Positions 30,948 to 31,339 of a DNA stretch of 31,339 nt are shown here, piece after piece. The notes under the pieces were generated by a model that saw nothing but the letters and a program-made list of their open reading frames with translations, was not told the DNA's origin and did not search any database. The stretch is taken from positions 1 through 31,339 of IMG/VR virus record IMGVR_UViG_3300033182_000245; one strand, given 5' to 3'. The stretch's first letter is position 1; each line of letters begins with the position of its first letter. Origin of the DNA: a virus. Both the position numbers and the translations under genes were made by a program.

Positions 30948-31339
30948 TTGAATCGCGCCGCCCAGCGTCGCAATGCTGTCAGCGTGTAACGAGAATCAAC
31001 CTTGCGCTTCGGAGCCCAAGTCTTATGATTAGGCAAACGCATGTAGAAACCCTTCCAGCCTGCAGCATCTTTCACAGCATTCGCGAGTTTGCCAAGCGAC
31101 TCTTTCTGCGCTGCGGTGAAGTCACGCTTGCGTCCTTTGCTGACAACCTCAACGCCCATCATGTAATCGTTGCCCATGTCGTCAGGAATGTTCAATCGAG
31201 CGAAACGCTTCACGTCTTTGAATGATCCACGTCCAGCGTGCCAGATAGGCCATGCGCTGTGAACGTACACAGTTCCATCACGATCGAGAGTGAAGTTCGC
31301 TGCAGGCACTTTGTAATGCGAATGCACGAAACGAATCAC
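30944..31339 (-). CDS. Endolysin amidase, C-terminal part (same gene as 1..351; full protein about 201 aa)
   Basis: NFTLDRDGTVYVHSAWPIWHAGRG, MMGVEVVSKG, FTAAQKESLGKLANAV and NHKTWAPKRKVDS match the amidase_2 pattern. The apparent GTG start at 31339 is only the window edge. Confidence 0.85.
   Translation of the reverse strand: MIRFVHSHYKVPAANFTLDRDGTVYVHSAWPIWHAGRGSFKDVKRFARLNIPDDMGNDYMMGVEVVSKGRKRDFTAAQKESLGKLANAVKDAAGWKGFYMRLPNHKTWAPKRKVDSRYTLTALRRWAARFK
31199..31339. repeat. Terminal direct repeat, copy 2 (identical to 1..141)
   Basis: Same 141-bp string as the window start. Confidence 0.95.

Noticed and set aside
1-31339. All other long plus-strand ORFs (for example 6251..6967, 26790..27509, 28544..29221, 13211..13804, 18112..18675)
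   Set aside because: Each lies antisense to a minus-strand gene with recognisable homology or good coupling signals. Their compositions are R/S/C/L-rich shadow-frame products.

Overview
The window is a complete, circularly closed dsDNA tailed-phage genome. Positions 1..141 are identical to 31199..31339, so the unique length is about 31,198 bp. All convincing genes lie on the minus strand and are tightly packed, with many ATGA/GTGA/TAATG start-stop overlaps.

Reading the minus strand from high to low coordinates:
- **Early/DNA-metabolism module (about 29029 -> 19657):** K-rich protein with an SSB-like tail, membrane protein, transglycosylase-like protein, Rad52-like annealase, RusA, C5-cytosine methyltransferase, CmoA-like SAM enzyme, WhiB-HTH fusion, SSB, MerR-like regulator, SprT-like protease.
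- **Non-coding region:** a hairpin followed by a 400-bp stretch with no credible gene.
- **Late module (19256 -> 1, continuing across the junction):** HNH endonuclease, cos-like region, TerS, TerL, portal, protease fusion, HK97-type capsid, a GT4/GT2/methyltransferase glycosylation cassette, connector and tail genes, tape measure, Gly-rich fibre, holin, amidase endolysin.
- **After the endolysin:** three further genes (HTH protein, metallophosphoesterase, DUF6378-like protein) follow without a gap.

WhiB, an r1t-type holin and PPF/MPF SSB tails point to an actinobacterial host. I recognised no integrase or repressor.

The most interesting candidate is the translationally coupled pair at 23895..25630. 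It combines a CmoA-like (carboxy-SAM synthase-like) enzyme with a C5-cytosine methyltransferase whose cofactor-pocket residues are substituted (PCQ -> PCS, GNAV -> ARAV). This suggests cytosine hypermodification such as 5-carboxymethylcytosine rather than simple methylation.

All functional calls come from by-eye motif recognition. No searches were run.
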